Shown here: piece after piece, positions 1 to 8,781 of the stretch
How the letters are laid out: every line of letters starts with the position of its first letter
Numbering within the stretch: position 1 is the first letter of the stretch
Sequence record: MT188704.1
Direction: 5' to 3' (one strand)
DNA from: Mesorhizobium phage Cp1R7A-A1
Length of the DNA stretch: 24,000 nucleotides
Translations under genes and position numbers: made by a program
Notes under the pieces: generated by a model
Seen by the model: only the letters and a program-made list of their open reading frames with translations
Database searches by the model: none
What the model was told of the DNA's origin: nothing

Positions 1-380
1 ACCTTCGATCTGAGAAACTGGTGTTCTTTCCATCTGCACTCATCCCGTTTGTGTTGACGATTCCTTGTAGACCAATTCTTTACATGTGCAAACAGGGAAT
101 CTTGCCGATGGTTAATTCGGGTGTTCGATCATCACCCAGATACCAAAGAGCAGGATCGGCCCGCCGAAGACGATGAAGCCGAACAACCATTCACCGATCT
201 TAGCGCGCATCTGCACTCATCCTTCTCTTCCTCCAGTCGCGCATATACGCAGCGACCAAAGTGTCAACATTGATGTTTACGGCCGGGCCTTGGACGAGTG
301 CAGAGACCGCCGAGGCCGGTGCCCTGTACTGTGCCCAGAAGCCGGGCAGCAAGTCCCAGCGCTCGACGTTCTCGACAAGC

Positions 381-845
381 TCATGCGCCACCGAGGACTC
401 GCTTCGCCAGTTCGCGCGGATCATTGTGCCCGTCGCGGATTTCTTCCAGCGCCTTCTTGAACAGCTTGTTCTCTACGAGCGCCAACCCGGCCCAGACCTT
501 CGACGACTTGCGCTTCGGCCGCTTCCAGTTTGCAGGCGGCAGGCGCGGGCTCCAGTACATTGTCACACGCGATCCGTCACCCTGTGTCACCCACTGGGGA
601 CGCAGTGGAAAGTCCGGCTCTTCGCAGCGCTCCCATCCATCGATCGAGCAGGACGGTTCGAACGTGCGTGGTCCGCCAAGAGCCGGACTCTCGCGACCGA
701 CTTTCTCGCCCGAGGCGTCGAACAGCACAAGGTCAAACGTGTATTCGCCCTGCCAGAAATCGATCGACTTGACCTTGGCGACACGCCCGGCCCGGTTCAT
801 CACCCAGTCGCCCGGCTTGTAGGGATAGATGGTGTCTTCGCTCAC
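381..845 (-). CDS. hypothetical protein (VSEDTIYPYKPGDWVMNRAGRV...)
   Basis: ORF 381..1151 is open upstream, but a GTG at 845 overlaps the stop of the preceding small ORF (GTGA overlap), so this is the more likely start. Confidence 0.6.
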   Translation of the reverse strand: MSEDTIYPYKPGDWVMNRAGRVAKVKSIDFWQGEYTFDLVLFDASGEKVGRESPALGGPRTFEPSCSIDGWERCEEPDFPLRPQWVTQGDGSRVTMYWSPRLPPANWKRPKRKSSKVWAGLALVENKLFKKALEEIRDGHNDPRELAKRVLGGA

Positions 846-1003
846 TTCCACTTGATCCTGTTGATCGCCTGAATCTGGTCCGGCGAGAAGTCGCCCGGAT
901 TGCGCGTGGCGCAACCGAAATTGATCAGGAGCAGCGAGATCAGGACTCCGCCTATGATGGTGAGCTTCATCCAGACCGGGGCAGTGTCGTCGGTGTAAGT
1001 CAT
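842..1003 (-). CDS. small membrane protein/possible lipoprotein, 53 aa (MTYTDDTAPVWMKLTIIGGVLISLLLINFGCATRNPGDFSPDQIQAINRIKWK)
   Basis: ATG at 1003, hydrophobic segment followed by Cys, stop overlaps next start; below the size cutoff of the supplied ORF track. Confidence 0.55.
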   Translation of the reverse strand: MTYTDDTAPVWMKLTIIGGVLISLLLINFGCATRNPGDFSPDQIQAINRIKWK

Positions 1004-1011
1004 TGTTTCTC

Positions 1012-1374
1012 TCAGTGTGCCTCGGCCTCGATTTCCTTGGTCCGCTGCTGGATGAAATCGATCGGGCAGTGCCCGGTGAACTGGCCCATGGGGACGAAAC
1101 CATATGCCGGGTCGACGACGTTGAAACGGCTATCGCATTCCGGATTGCCACAGAGCAGATTCACGCTCGCGCCGCCGCGCGGACCCTCATAGAGCCCATA
1201 CTTGGACTTGCAGTAGGGACACTTGCTGGCGTCGTGGATGTAGCGCAACTGGTCCTCGGGCAGGTCGCACGAGGCGGTCGGCCGCTTCCAATCCTTGAAG
1301 CCCTCGGCCAGCTTGATCGCGTACTGCGCCTTGCCGTAGCCGATCAGCCCACGGAAGAAATTTCCAATCTTCAT
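1012..1374 (-). CDS. hypothetical protein with two CxxC/CxxxxC-type Cys pairs, possible zinc ribbon
   Basis: 120-aa ORF with CPYC and CGNPEC motifs. Confidence 0.65.
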   Translation of the reverse strand: MKIGNFFRGLIGYGKAQYAIKLAEGFKDWKRPTASCDLPEDQLRYIHDASKCPYCKSKYGLYEGPRGGASVNLLCGNPECDSRFNVVDPAYGFVPMGQFTGHCPIDFIQQRTKEIEAEAH

Positions 1375-1577
1375 GCCTTCACCACGTGGTTGCGCTCGAA
1401 CGTCTTGGCCGAGCAGGTGCCGACGATCTTCTTGAAGCTGATCACCGGCATGTTGCTGAAGTCGAAACGCCAGCTAACGTTGCCGTCTGGCCAGTCGGCC
1501 GCGATGATCTCGACGCCGTCCGACTTGCGGATATACCGCTGCGGCCGCTCGATGAAATCGGTCAGGGTGTCAGTCAT
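1371..1577 (-). CDS. hypothetical protein (MTDTLTDFIERPQRYIRKSDGVEIIAADWPDG...)
   Basis: internal Met of ORF 1371..1643 overlaps the neighbouring gene end; ATGA overlap with 1374 start. Confidence 0.6.
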   Translation of the reverse strand: MTDTLTDFIERPQRYIRKSDGVEIIAADWPDGNVSWRFDFSNMPVISFKKIVGTCSAKTFERNHVVKA

Positions 1578-1761
1578 CGACCTCTTCCTTCTCCACTGGC
1601 GCAAACATCCTGCCCAGATCGTCCATGAAGACCCTGTATTCAACGCGCAATTCGTCGTTGAGCATGTGCTCGAACTTGGCGATGATCTCCAGCGCTTCCG
1701 GGCGGATGCCGTGGTGCCCGAGCGCCTTGCACAACAGATCGAGGTTCGGATATCCGCTCAT
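1570..1761 (-). CDS. hypothetical protein, 63 aa
   Basis: ORF with overlapping stop/start to neighbours. Confidence 0.6.
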   Translation of the reverse strand: MSGYPNLDLLCKALGHHGIRPEALEIIAKFEHMLNDELRVEYRVFMDDLGRMFAPVEKEEVDD

Positions 1762-2012
1762 GTCAGCCTCTCGAACCGGTAGCCGGTGGCGTGGAACTCG
1801 CTTGGCGCGGCCGTGGTCAGATAGCGGTCATCCCAAGCCGCCGCCCCGGCGCGCGCGATGTCAACCGGACCATTGATCCGCTTGGCCAGCCGCCCGGCGT
1901 AGTTCTTCGCCGCGCTGTCGGTCGCGAAGCGCTGGAAGCTGGTGTCGCCCGTCGCGGCGATGTTGCCATCGGCATCGCCCTTGTAGGATTGGAACTCGAA
2001 CTGCTGGGTCAT
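1758..2012 (-). CDS. hypothetical protein, 84 aa
   Basis: ORF with overlapping stop/start to neighbours. Confidence 0.6.
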   Translation of the reverse strand: MTQQFEFQSYKGDADGNIAATGDTSFQRFATDSAAKNYAGRLAKRINGPVDIARAGAAAWDDRYLTTAAPSEFHATGYRFERLT

Positions 2013-2482
2013 TTCAGGTCGACCTCCACGTCCTCGATGCCAAAGGTGCTCCCGTCCTCGTCGACCAGACGCTCGCGGATCGCGTCGACGATATCGTCCT
2101 CGTGCAGGTTGGCGCGGCCCTCATTGGCGAACGTCACCTTGACCTTGTAGACGCGGTCGTGTGGGTGAGCGTTGTCCTGCTCCTGCTTCAACCGGCTGCG
2201 CGACATCGTGTCAGCAATGATGGCAATGCAGGTCTCGGCGCTGTACGGGAGATGCTTGTTCAGCGTGTCTGCAAGGTTCGAAGCTTCGCCATAGGTGTCG
2301 AAGCCTGCCTGTACCAGCGGCTGCCATCCGGCTTCGCCAAGGACGGCCACGCCAAGCAGGTAGGTATTCATGCGCGGATGCGGGTGCATCCCAGCCATGA
2401 AGCACCAGACCTTACCATTCAGGTTTAGCAGGTTGGCGATTTCGGTAACGTATTGCGGGTCGGTCACGTCAATGAGCTTCAT
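2009..2482 (-). CDS. hypothetical protein (MKLIDVTDPQYVTEIANLLNLNGKVWCF...)
   Basis: ORF 2009..2563; start trimmed to avoid overlap with the 2488..2733 gene. Confidence 0.6.
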   Translation of the reverse strand: MKLIDVTDPQYVTEIANLLNLNGKVWCFMAGMHPHPRMNTYLLGVAVLGEAGWQPLVQAGFDTYGEASNLADTLNKHLPYSAETCIAIIADTMSRSRLKQEQDNAHPHDRVYKVKVTFANEGRANLHEDDIVDAIRERLVDEDGSTFGIEDVEVDLK

Positions 2483-2487
2483 CGGAT

Positions 2488-2733
2488 TCATCCTACGCAT
2501 TGGGTTTTCTGGTGGCGGATGGTCATCCGCTTGTGAAATGCCGGGTATTCTTTGGCCAGCCACTTCTTGAGGCGTGTCTCGGCCGTCACGCGGGCGCGCC
2601 TGTGCGCTTCCTTGGTGTCGACCAGATCAGGCGAGGCGACAGACATTTGCTTGGTGAAGGTGTCGCCGCTGCCGCCGTGGTCGCTGGGCAGGTGGACTTC
2701 GAAATTGACCCACCACTGTGCGTTGTTGCTCAT
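2488..2733 (-). CDS. hypothetical protein, 81 aa
   Basis: ORF, 4-bp overlap with upstream gene. Confidence 0.6.
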   Translation of the reverse strand: MSNNAQWWVNFEVHLPSDHGGSGDTFTKQMSVASPDLVDTKEAHRRARVTAETRLKKWLAKEYPAFHKRMTIRHQKTQCVG

Positions 2734-2981
2734 TTCCCCTTCCCCAGTTGTTTGATGTCGTCGATCTGCGAAACCGCCGTCTCGACATACATATTCTGGA
2801 TCATCTGGCGAGCGAAAACAAAGCCTTCGGAGAAGCCGCGAGCATAGACCCGCAGTTCTTCCAGCTTGGCGTCCTTGTTGTCGGCATCGAAAGGCGACGA
2901 CATGATGACGCGGTTGTTTTCTGACGGCAGCGTCAGGAAGAAAGAGGTTCCGGCTTCGACGATCTTGAGTGACAGGGACAT
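2730..2981 (-). CDS. hypothetical protein, 83 aa
   Basis: ORF downstream of minus-strand promoter-like motif. Confidence 0.65.
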   Translation of the reverse strand: MSLSLKIVEAGTSFFLTLPSENNRVIMSSPFDADNKDAKLEELRVYARGFSEGFVFARQMIQNMYVETAVSQIDDIKQLGKGK

Positions 2982-3059
2982 TGCTTGTTGCTCCGTGGTG
3001 TTGACATGACGGAATGTAGACTAATTCTGGACAACGTCAACAAGCAATTCTGTGCATAG

Positions 3060-3290
3060 TTAACGACGGTTCACGATATCCACGATGTCATTGATGAAGC
3101 GATTCCGTGCCTCCACGATACGCTCGGCCTGCGCATCCGTGCAACCGATGAAGATGTCGTTTGCATCGCCGTCCGACACGTCTACCAGATCGCCGCGCCT
3201 GCCGAAGACGATCCACCGGGCGAGCATAAAGGTCTCTTCGATGTACTTCTCGCGGATCGGTGCTTTCGACACGTCAATCGGGAGCATCAT
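3060..3290 (-). CDS. hypothetical protein, 76 aa
   Basis: ORF, ATGA-type overlap with upstream gene. Confidence 0.6.
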   Translation of the reverse strand: MMLPIDVSKAPIREKYIEETFMLARWIVFGRRGDLVDVSDGDANDIFIGCTDAQAERIVEARNRFINDIVDIVNRR

Positions 3291-3670
3291 TCGACCGTCT
3301 CCAGCGCGGGCACGCTCGCCGGGCGCTTATCTTCCGGCCAGAGGTAGTGCCATCCGTGCTCCTGATAGAGAAGCACGCGATCGAGGCACTGAGACGCTGC
3401 CTCTCTCGCCGTCTTCCCCTTTCCACGAAAGCCGACCGGGGTCTTGTGCCGCCGATCGTATTCGCGGCCGTGCCCTTCCGGATTGTGATAGGGATTCACC
3501 TTGTAGGCCGCGTCGTTGTAGGGGACCTGAATGTGACAGTCCCAGAGCCCGACGATCGGTGGCTTGGTGTGGTCGCGCTTACCCGGCCCGCCACCGTAGT
3601 ACGGGTGCAGCGACGGCAGCCCATAGCGGCAAAGCTCTTCGAGGATCGCTTCAAGCGTCATGTTGTTCAT
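3287..3670 (-). CDS. hypothetical protein, 127 aa
   Basis: ORF, overlapping neighbours. Confidence 0.6.
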   Translation of the reverse strand: MNNMTLEAILEELCRYGLPSLHPYYGGGPGKRDHTKPPIVGLWDCHIQVPYNDAAYKVNPYHNPEGHGREYDRRHKTPVGFRGKGKTAREAASQCLDRVLLYQEHGWHYLWPEDKRPASVPALETVE

Positions 3671-3966
3671 CAGAAGTCGCCATCCCCGATCTGCGCCCGA
3701 CCCCCAAGGGCGACAAGCTCCTGCAACCCACGCTCCCGCTCATCGTGCGACGGGCCGAGCATGAGGTTGAAGCCTCCCGAGCCCGTGTAATACGTGGCGT
3801 CCGGAAACACTTCCTTGACCTCGTCGAGAAGGGCGATAAGTGCCTTGTCGACCTTCTTGAACTTGCGCTCGATGCTGGGCAATTCGCTCAAGAGAAGGCT
3901 GCGGGCGTCTTCGTCCTCAGTCTCGATGATGCGCTTGGCATCCTGCCATGTGATCTGCTTGGTCAT
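3670..3966 (-). CDS. hypothetical protein (MTKQITWQDAKRIIETEDEDARS...)
   Basis: start trimmed to internal Met overlapping next gene stop (ATGA). Confidence 0.6.
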   Translation of the reverse strand: MTKQITWQDAKRIIETEDEDARSLLLSELPSIERKFKKVDKALIALLDEVKEVFPDATYYTGSGGFNLMLGPSHDERERGLQELVALGGRAQIGDGDF

Positions 3967-5981
3967 TCCGACACCCACGACACGTCTTGAGTCTTTTTGA
4001 GTTCCTTGCCTGCGTAGTAGTCCTCGGCGGTCAGCATCAAGGGAGCCCATTTGAGGTATTCTCGCCGAGTGCGCGGGTCCTCGAAGAACTGGCGAAAATC
4101 ACCCGGCTTGTAGGCCGACACGTTGAGCAGTTCGCTCGACGGCACCGCGATCGAGACATCGATCGGCGCGCGATTGCGAGGATTCCAGACATCGATCGTC
4201 TTGCGCTCGCGCGTCCAGCGGAAAACAGCTTTGTTGGCGCGCGGCTTCCACTCGGCCATTTTGGCAAGACGGCCGGGGCCTTCATTTCCATAGGGGCGAT
4301 AGCGGGTGTAGGTGGACGGATTGCGATTGCGGTAGTCCCGCCGCTGCCTCTCGTTTTCCTTCACCGCCTCGGCACGCAGCCAGAAGTCTTCCTGCCCGGT
4401 GACGATCGAGTCCTCGTCGATCGAGGCATTGAGCCGCGCCCGGTAAGCTTCGAAGTCCGGCTTCTCACCATAGGTCAGGGTCGTCGCGTCGTATACAACC
4501 TCGATGCTGTTGGCGAAGCTGACCGGGTCCCAGACGCGGACGGGATCGTGTGGATGCAGGACCAGACTGCGGTCGAAAAGGCCCTGAACGATGACCGCGA
4601 CACGGTTGTATTTCTTGATGCCGTCGCTGACCATTTCCATGGCTTGGTCATAGTAGACGTTCGAGGTATCGAAGGGCGCGTATTCCTTGTGCCGCATCGA
4701 CGATCCCATCCAGCCAAACGGGTTGTTGATCCGATCGGCATCGGTGTTCTGCTCATTCCACTCGACGCGCTTGCGTTCGTTCTCAAGCTCGGCATCACGC
4801 ATCACTTCCCAGCGGCTGCGCGGGATCAGTTCGTCGATGCGGCTGGCGAACATTTTGACCATCATCGGCTGCGACGGGTCGAACTCGGTCTGGTCCGGCA
4901 CCAGCTTGGGACCGAAGTCAAAATCGCAGTTGATGCGCCAAAGCTGTCCGCCGTTGCGGATGTAGAGGAACGTGGTCTTGTCGCCATTGGCGAGATAGAT
5001 GTTGATGAAGGACTGCCACAGGGTCGGCCCCTCGCGTTCCTTCTCGGTGCGGCGCACGCGGAAGGCCACGGCGCACCGCTCGAACGGCAGGAGCCGCGAG
5101 AAATTGTCGTCGCGGGAAAGCCACGCGTCGAACTCTTCGACGTGCTTCATTTCCATGCCGCCAGCCTCGTAGTTCACAAGGCATTCCTCATCCATGTAGA
5201 GACGCCGCTGCATCAGCCGCAGCTTCTCTTCACGAGCAGCCGGGTCACCCTGACGCACCTGCACCGCGTCCTCGGTGAGACCGGCGTAAAGCTCCAGCGT
5301 GTAGATGCGATCTTCGACAACCTTGATGGATTTCTTCATCGGGCCGATCGAGGCCTGAACCGCCATCGTCGGGGCCATCATCCAGCGGGCGAGATTACTG
5401 TTCGCGGTCTCGATCTCTTTGAATAGATCGGGCAGCGTCTTGTCCTTGGCCTCGATCAGCGCATTCTTGTAAGCCTTGGTGTCGACCTGACTGGTGACCG
5501 CCACGAGCGCATTGGTCGCCTCGCCGGTCTTGTCCTCGATCCGCTCGGTTGGCACCACGCCGAGGCGCTGCGTCACTTCCTTGACCTCGCCGAGCAAGGC
5601 ACTCACACGCGCCTGATAGGTGCTGATCTTTCCAGCGATCACCTTGTTTGGATCGGGCTCGTGACGCAGCATTTCCTCGAACTCATCGAAGTGGATGCGC
5701 ACCGAGCTATAGCTACCCTGCCGGTCGCGTGGCGCTTGGATTTCGACATAGTTCGAGCCGATCTCCATGACGCAGCCAAACCATTCAAGAACATCGCCCT
5801 TTTTGTGCTTGGACGAATGACCTTCGTCGTCGGTGTAGGTGTATTCGCCGTCCCAACGCACGGTGTGCTTGACCCAGTACCACTGACCGATCTCGGCCGC
5901 GTCCGCGCCATAGCGCTTGCCGGAATCCCAGCGCTCGGCCAGCGGCCTCAAAGAGATGTCGTGCGTCTCGTCGTTCGGCAT
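3963..5981 (-). CDS. large protein of unknown function, ~672 aa
   Basis: long ORF starting MPNDETHDISLRPLAERWDSGKRYG; soluble, charged; no family recognised. Confidence 0.8.
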   Translation of the reverse strand: MPNDETHDISLRPLAERWDSGKRYGADAAEIGQWYWVKHTVRWDGEYTYTDDEGHSSKHKKGDVLEWFGCVMEIGSNYVEIQAPRDRQGSYSSVRIHFDEFEEMLRHEPDPNKVIAGKISTYQARVSALLGEVKEVTQRLGVVPTERIEDKTGEATNALVAVTSQVDTKAYKNALIEAKDKTLPDLFKEIETANSNLARWMMAPTMAVQASIGPMKKSIKVVEDRIYTLELYAGLTEDAVQVRQGDPAAREEKLRLMQRRLYMDEECLVNYEAGGMEMKHVEEFDAWLSRDDNFSRLLPFERCAVAFRVRRTEKEREGPTLWQSFINIYLANGDKTTFLYIRNGGQLWRINCDFDFGPKLVPDQTEFDPSQPMMVKMFASRIDELIPRSRWEVMRDAELENERKRVEWNEQNTDADRINNPFGWMGSSMRHKEYAPFDTSNVYYDQAMEMVSDGIKKYNRVAVIVQGLFDRSLVLHPHDPVRVWDPVSFANSIEVVYDATTLTYGEKPDFEAYRARLNASIDEDSIVTGQEDFWLRAEAVKENERQRRDYRNRNPSTYTRYRPYGNEGPGRLAKMAEWKPRANKAVFRWTRERKTIDVWNPRNRAPIDVSIAVPSSELLNVSAYKPGDFRQFFEDPRTRREYLKWAPLMLTAEDYYAGKELKKTQDVSWVSE

Positions 5982-6120
5982 TTGATTACTCGTTGTTGCG
6001 TCCGACTTTCCTACGCTTCTGCACTCAACCTTGTCAAGCAACCGTTTCCAACTTTTGTCAAGAATTACTGGACAGTGGTTAATTTCTGGGCTAGACGGCT
6101 TTCATCAACGGAGTTTCCCC

Positions 6121-6282
6121 ATGCTCGGGTTCATCATCTTTCTCCTGCTCGCCGTGCCGCTGATCTGCGTGTTGATCGACCGTAACCTGCTCTTTGAAGG
6201 TTCGTCGGCCCAGACACTGTTCAACGACTGGAAGGCGTCCAGACAGGAATACCAGAAAGACGTGGCCAAGTGGGGACGCTGA
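6121..6282 (+). CDS. small membrane protein, 53 aa (MLGFIIFLLLAVPLICVLIDRN...)
   Basis: internal Met in ORF 6031..6282 preceded by GGAG; N-terminal TM; TGATG overlap with next gene. Confidence 0.6.
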   Translation: MLGFIIFLLLAVPLICVLIDRNLLFEGSSAQTLFNDWKASRQEYQKDVAKWGR

Positions 6283-6518
6283 TGTCAATCCCAGTCGCCT
6301 TGGCGGCTGGCTTCCTCGTAGGCGTGTCGACCAGCTACATCATCTCAACCAGCGGCAAGGCAATCGACCTGATCGGTCAACGCCTTCGGACCAACCGGAT
6401 GAAGAAGCGGGCGACACGCCTCGACTGGGAAGAATGGACTGCCTTCTATCCAGCCGAAGTCACCGACTGGAACGCAGCCGCTTTGCGTCACCCTGACGAA
6501 GCTCTCGCCCGCACTTAG
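6282..6518 (+). CDS. hypothetical protein with N-terminal hydrophobic segment (MSIPVALAAGFLVGVSTSY...)
   Basis: translationally coupled ATG at 6282. Confidence 0.55.
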   Translation: MSIPVALAAGFLVGVSTSYIISTSGKAIDLIGQRLRTNRMKKRATRLDWEEWTAFYPAEVTDWNAAALRHPDEALART

Positions 6519-6530
6519 GAATCAGATCAC

Positions 6531-7049
6531 ATGGACACCGCATCCGCAGCCGACCTGCGTCAGGAGACGCTTGACGACGACATTCTTCGCGTTCTGGGAT
6601 TTGTCCGGCTCGCGCTCCAAGCCACCAAGCCGCTGAACTCGCCGCATGAGGGCTATGCCCGCATCAAGACGCATCTCGACCGGCTCTGGGGCACGGTGCT
6701 GGCGGACAGTTATCGCCCGATCGACCGCAAGCTGCATGCCTACAACATGTCGGCTGCGGCCATCCGCTACATCGTCGACCTGACGCCGTTCAAGCCCGGC
6801 CGCAGCGAGGATGACCGGATCGCGCTCGTGATGGACGCCGTCCACAACGAGGTCAAGAAAGCGATGATCAAGCACAAGCCTATGGTCTCCGTTCACGAGG
6901 CCTATGGCGTGATCCTCGAAGAGGTCGACGAGCTTTTCGAAGAGGTTCGACCCGATCGAGGCCGGACGACGGAAGCTCAGAAAGAGGCCTTGCAGGTCGC
7001 CGCCATGGGTGTGCGCTTCGTTCTCGATGTCGCGGAGAGGCACCCTTGA
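6531..7049 (+). CDS. possible MazG-like/all-alpha NTP pyrophosphatase-related protein
   Basis: C-terminal HEAYGVILEEVDELFEEVRPDR...EALQVAAMGVRFVLD resembles phage MazG-like helices with an ExxE pattern; recognition by eye only. Confidence 0.45.
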   Translation: MDTASAADLRQETLDDDILRVLGFVRLALQATKPLNSPHEGYARIKTHLDRLWGTVLADSYRPIDRKLHAYNMSAAAIRYIVDLTPFKPGRSEDDRIALVMDAVHNEVKKAMIKHKPMVSVHEAYGVILEEVDELFEEVRPDRGRTTEAQKEALQVAAMGVRFVLDVAERHP

Positions 7050-7288
7050 ACCTGCGCATGAATGAACCGGTCGAAGTGACCGTCGCGAACGTGTCCGAAC
7101 TCAAGCACGTGCATCGCGGACAGCTTTGGATCGACGCGGACGACGAGCCCTGCATCATCTTTGCCACGGATATCTCGACGCATCTGCGCGCCGGACTTCT
7201 GGAGAATGGCGAGAAGGCCAGATTCCCGCTTCGCCTCGCGCCGCTGGGGACCTCTCTTACTCTCACTCAGGACAGCCCCAATGTCTGA
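7046..7288 (+). CDS. hypothetical protein, 80 aa
   Basis: ORF with overlapping start/stop. Confidence 0.55.
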   Translation: MNLRMNEPVEVTVANVSELKHVHRGQLWIDADDEPCIIFATDISTHLRAGLLENGEKARFPLRLAPLGTSLTLTQDSPNV

Positions 7289-7790
7289 TCCCACCGCCGA
7301 TCCGCGCCCGGCCGCTCTCATCCTCCACTTGGTCGGCGAATCCCGCAAGTACGGTTTCGTCCCTGTGATCGGCATGGTCGATCCCGAAATCTGGGGCAAG
7401 ATCGTGGAACTGGTCGCCGACACCGAGGGCTCGCATATCGCCCGCATCTATCCCGAGGGTGACAACTCGTGGGAGGTCACGAACTGGTTCGAGGCAACGA
7501 CCGATCTGGACGCCGTGCTGTCGATCAACGTCGCCTACGTCGGATGCTCGGAAGATGACTTCTCCCATATCGTCGGCCAGTGGACCACGAAGGATGGCGT
7601 CACCGCCGAGATCGGCATGGAAGCCCACGGACGCGGCTCGCTGGCGATCCACGCGATCGGCCGCAAGGAAGACCTGTTCACGGTCATCAACCTGACCTCG
7701 GAGCGCCTGCACTTGGTTGGCACCGACATGGGTGCCGATCTCGAAGCTCAGGAAGCGCTTAAGGGCGTCGACGCGGCGGACGAACAGTGA
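7281..7790 (+). CDS. hypothetical protein, 169 aa (MSDPTADPRPAALILHLVGE...)
   Basis: internal Met overlaps upstream stop (ATGTCTGA). Confidence 0.6.
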   Translation: MSDPTADPRPAALILHLVGESRKYGFVPVIGMVDPEIWGKIVELVADTEGSHIARIYPEGDNSWEVTNWFEATTDLDAVLSINVAYVGCSEDDFSHIVGQWTTKDGVTAEIGMEAHGRGSLAIHAIGRKEDLFTVINLTSERLHLVGTDMGADLEAQEALKGVDAADEQ

Positions 7791-8038
7791 TGAGCGACGT
7801 GGCTGTCAGCGACAAGATTCTGGTCTCCCGCGATCAGCGCGAGGCCATTCGCATCAAGAACGTTCTCGGCCTCGGTCCTGACTGGCGTCCCGTTGGCATG
7901 CATCAGGGCCTCGCCGGATTCCGAGCCACCAAGATCGTCCTGATCGGCGTCAGCCTCGACCGGCAGATCGATGTCGACTGGGTCGAACAGGTCCTGCGTC
8001 TCAGGCTGACGCCGGGTGGAAAAATGGAGACCATCTGA
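7790..8038 (+). CDS. hypothetical protein, 82 aa
   Basis: TGATG overlap with both neighbours. Confidence 0.55.
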   Translation: MSDVAVSDKILVSRDQREAIRIKNVLGLGPDWRPVGMHQGLAGFRATKIVLIGVSLDRQIDVDWVEQVLRLRLTPGGKMETI

Positions 8039-8328
8039 TGAAAAAGCTTCTGCTCTCAACCCTCGCCTTGACCAGCCTTGCCTTCGTCGCGGCGTGCACT
8101 CCCGAGACCCCTGAACAGGTCGCCAAGCGCGTCGAAAGGACGAGCACCGAAGGAACCACGCTGGTCGCGGTGATCGACGGCTGCCGCCTGTTCCGGGTCG
8201 ACGATCCAAACGCATCGCACGATGTCTATTTCTCGCATTGCCCGGCAGGCGGGGGCCAGACCGACACGTCCTACGAGACCGGTGGCAAGACCTCTTACAC
8301 CGTTCGCAGCGTGGGCTCCGGAGGCTGA
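8038..8328 (+). CDS. lipoprotein, 96 aa
   Basis: MKKLLLSTLALTSLAFVAAC signal peptide with lipobox. Confidence 0.7.
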   Translation: MKKLLLSTLALTSLAFVAACTPETPEQVAKRVERTSTEGTTLVAVIDGCRLFRVDDPNASHDVYFSHCPAGGGQTDTSYETGGKTSYTVRSVGSGG

Positions 8329-8329
8329 C

Positions 8330-8605
8330 ATGCATACGGAAGAGGAATGGCGTTCTTTCATCGGCTACGTGGCCGGTGCCGAGAACATGGGACGGCTTTA
8401 CGCCGACTCCACGGGACTTCCGGAGCCGGAGACCTATGACGGCCTGACCGACGAAGTCCTCGCCAACATGACGCCCGAGTTCGCCGACTACCTCTACTGG
8501 ATCACGATCACCCAGTGGGGAGCGGAAGCCGTTCCGGCCGACTTCTGGGCGAAGGCGCGGGAACGCTGGCCGAAGGTGCGCCTTCCGATCTTCCAGCCGA
8601 CCTAA
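8330..8605 (+). CDS. hypothetical protein, 91 aa (MHTEEEWRSFIGYVAGAEN...)
   Basis: ORF in frame with 8222..8605; ATG at 8330 immediately follows upstream stop. Confidence 0.55.
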   Translation: MHTEEEWRSFIGYVAGAENMGRLYADSTGLPEPETYDGLTDEVLANMTPEFADYLYWITITQWGAEAVPADFWAKARERWPKVRLPIFQPT

Positions 8606-8617
8606 GCGTTTCCAACT

Positions 8618-8645
8618 AATTCTTGACAGCATTGTCAAGCAATTC
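8618..8645. promoter_or_regulatory. inverted repeat containing a TTGACA -35-like box (AATTCTTGAC-agcatt-GTCAAGCAATT)
   Basis: near-perfect dyad; TTGACA 8623-8628 followed 17 nt later by TAACCA; upstream of SPFH operon. Confidence 0.55.
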
Positions 8646-8676
8646 TAACCAAACAGTGCAACAACGGAGCGATCCA

Positions 8677-8778
8677 ATGGGTCTCAAAATTGTCGGAGCC
8701 ATCATCATCGTCGGCCTGATTGGTCTTGGCGTGACATGGGTTCTGGAAAACGTCCAGATCAAGAAGAGGGATAAATAG
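8677..8778 (+). CDS. 33-aa membrane peptide (MGLKIVGAIIIVGLIGLGVTWVLENVQIKKRDK)
   Basis: ATG with upstream GGAG, single TM, 3 nt before the SPFH gene; missed by ORF track. Confidence 0.55.
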   Translation: MGLKIVGAIIIVGLIGLGVTWVLENVQIKKRDK

Positions 8779-8781
8779 TTC

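Noticed and set aside
3085-3990. 301-aa plus-strand ORF
   Set aside because: Shadow over three well-packed minus genes.
3987-5426. 479-aa plus-strand ORF
   Set aside because: Antisense to the convincing 672-aa minus gene; low-complexity Arg/Pro/Val-rich translation typical of GC-rich shadow ORFs.
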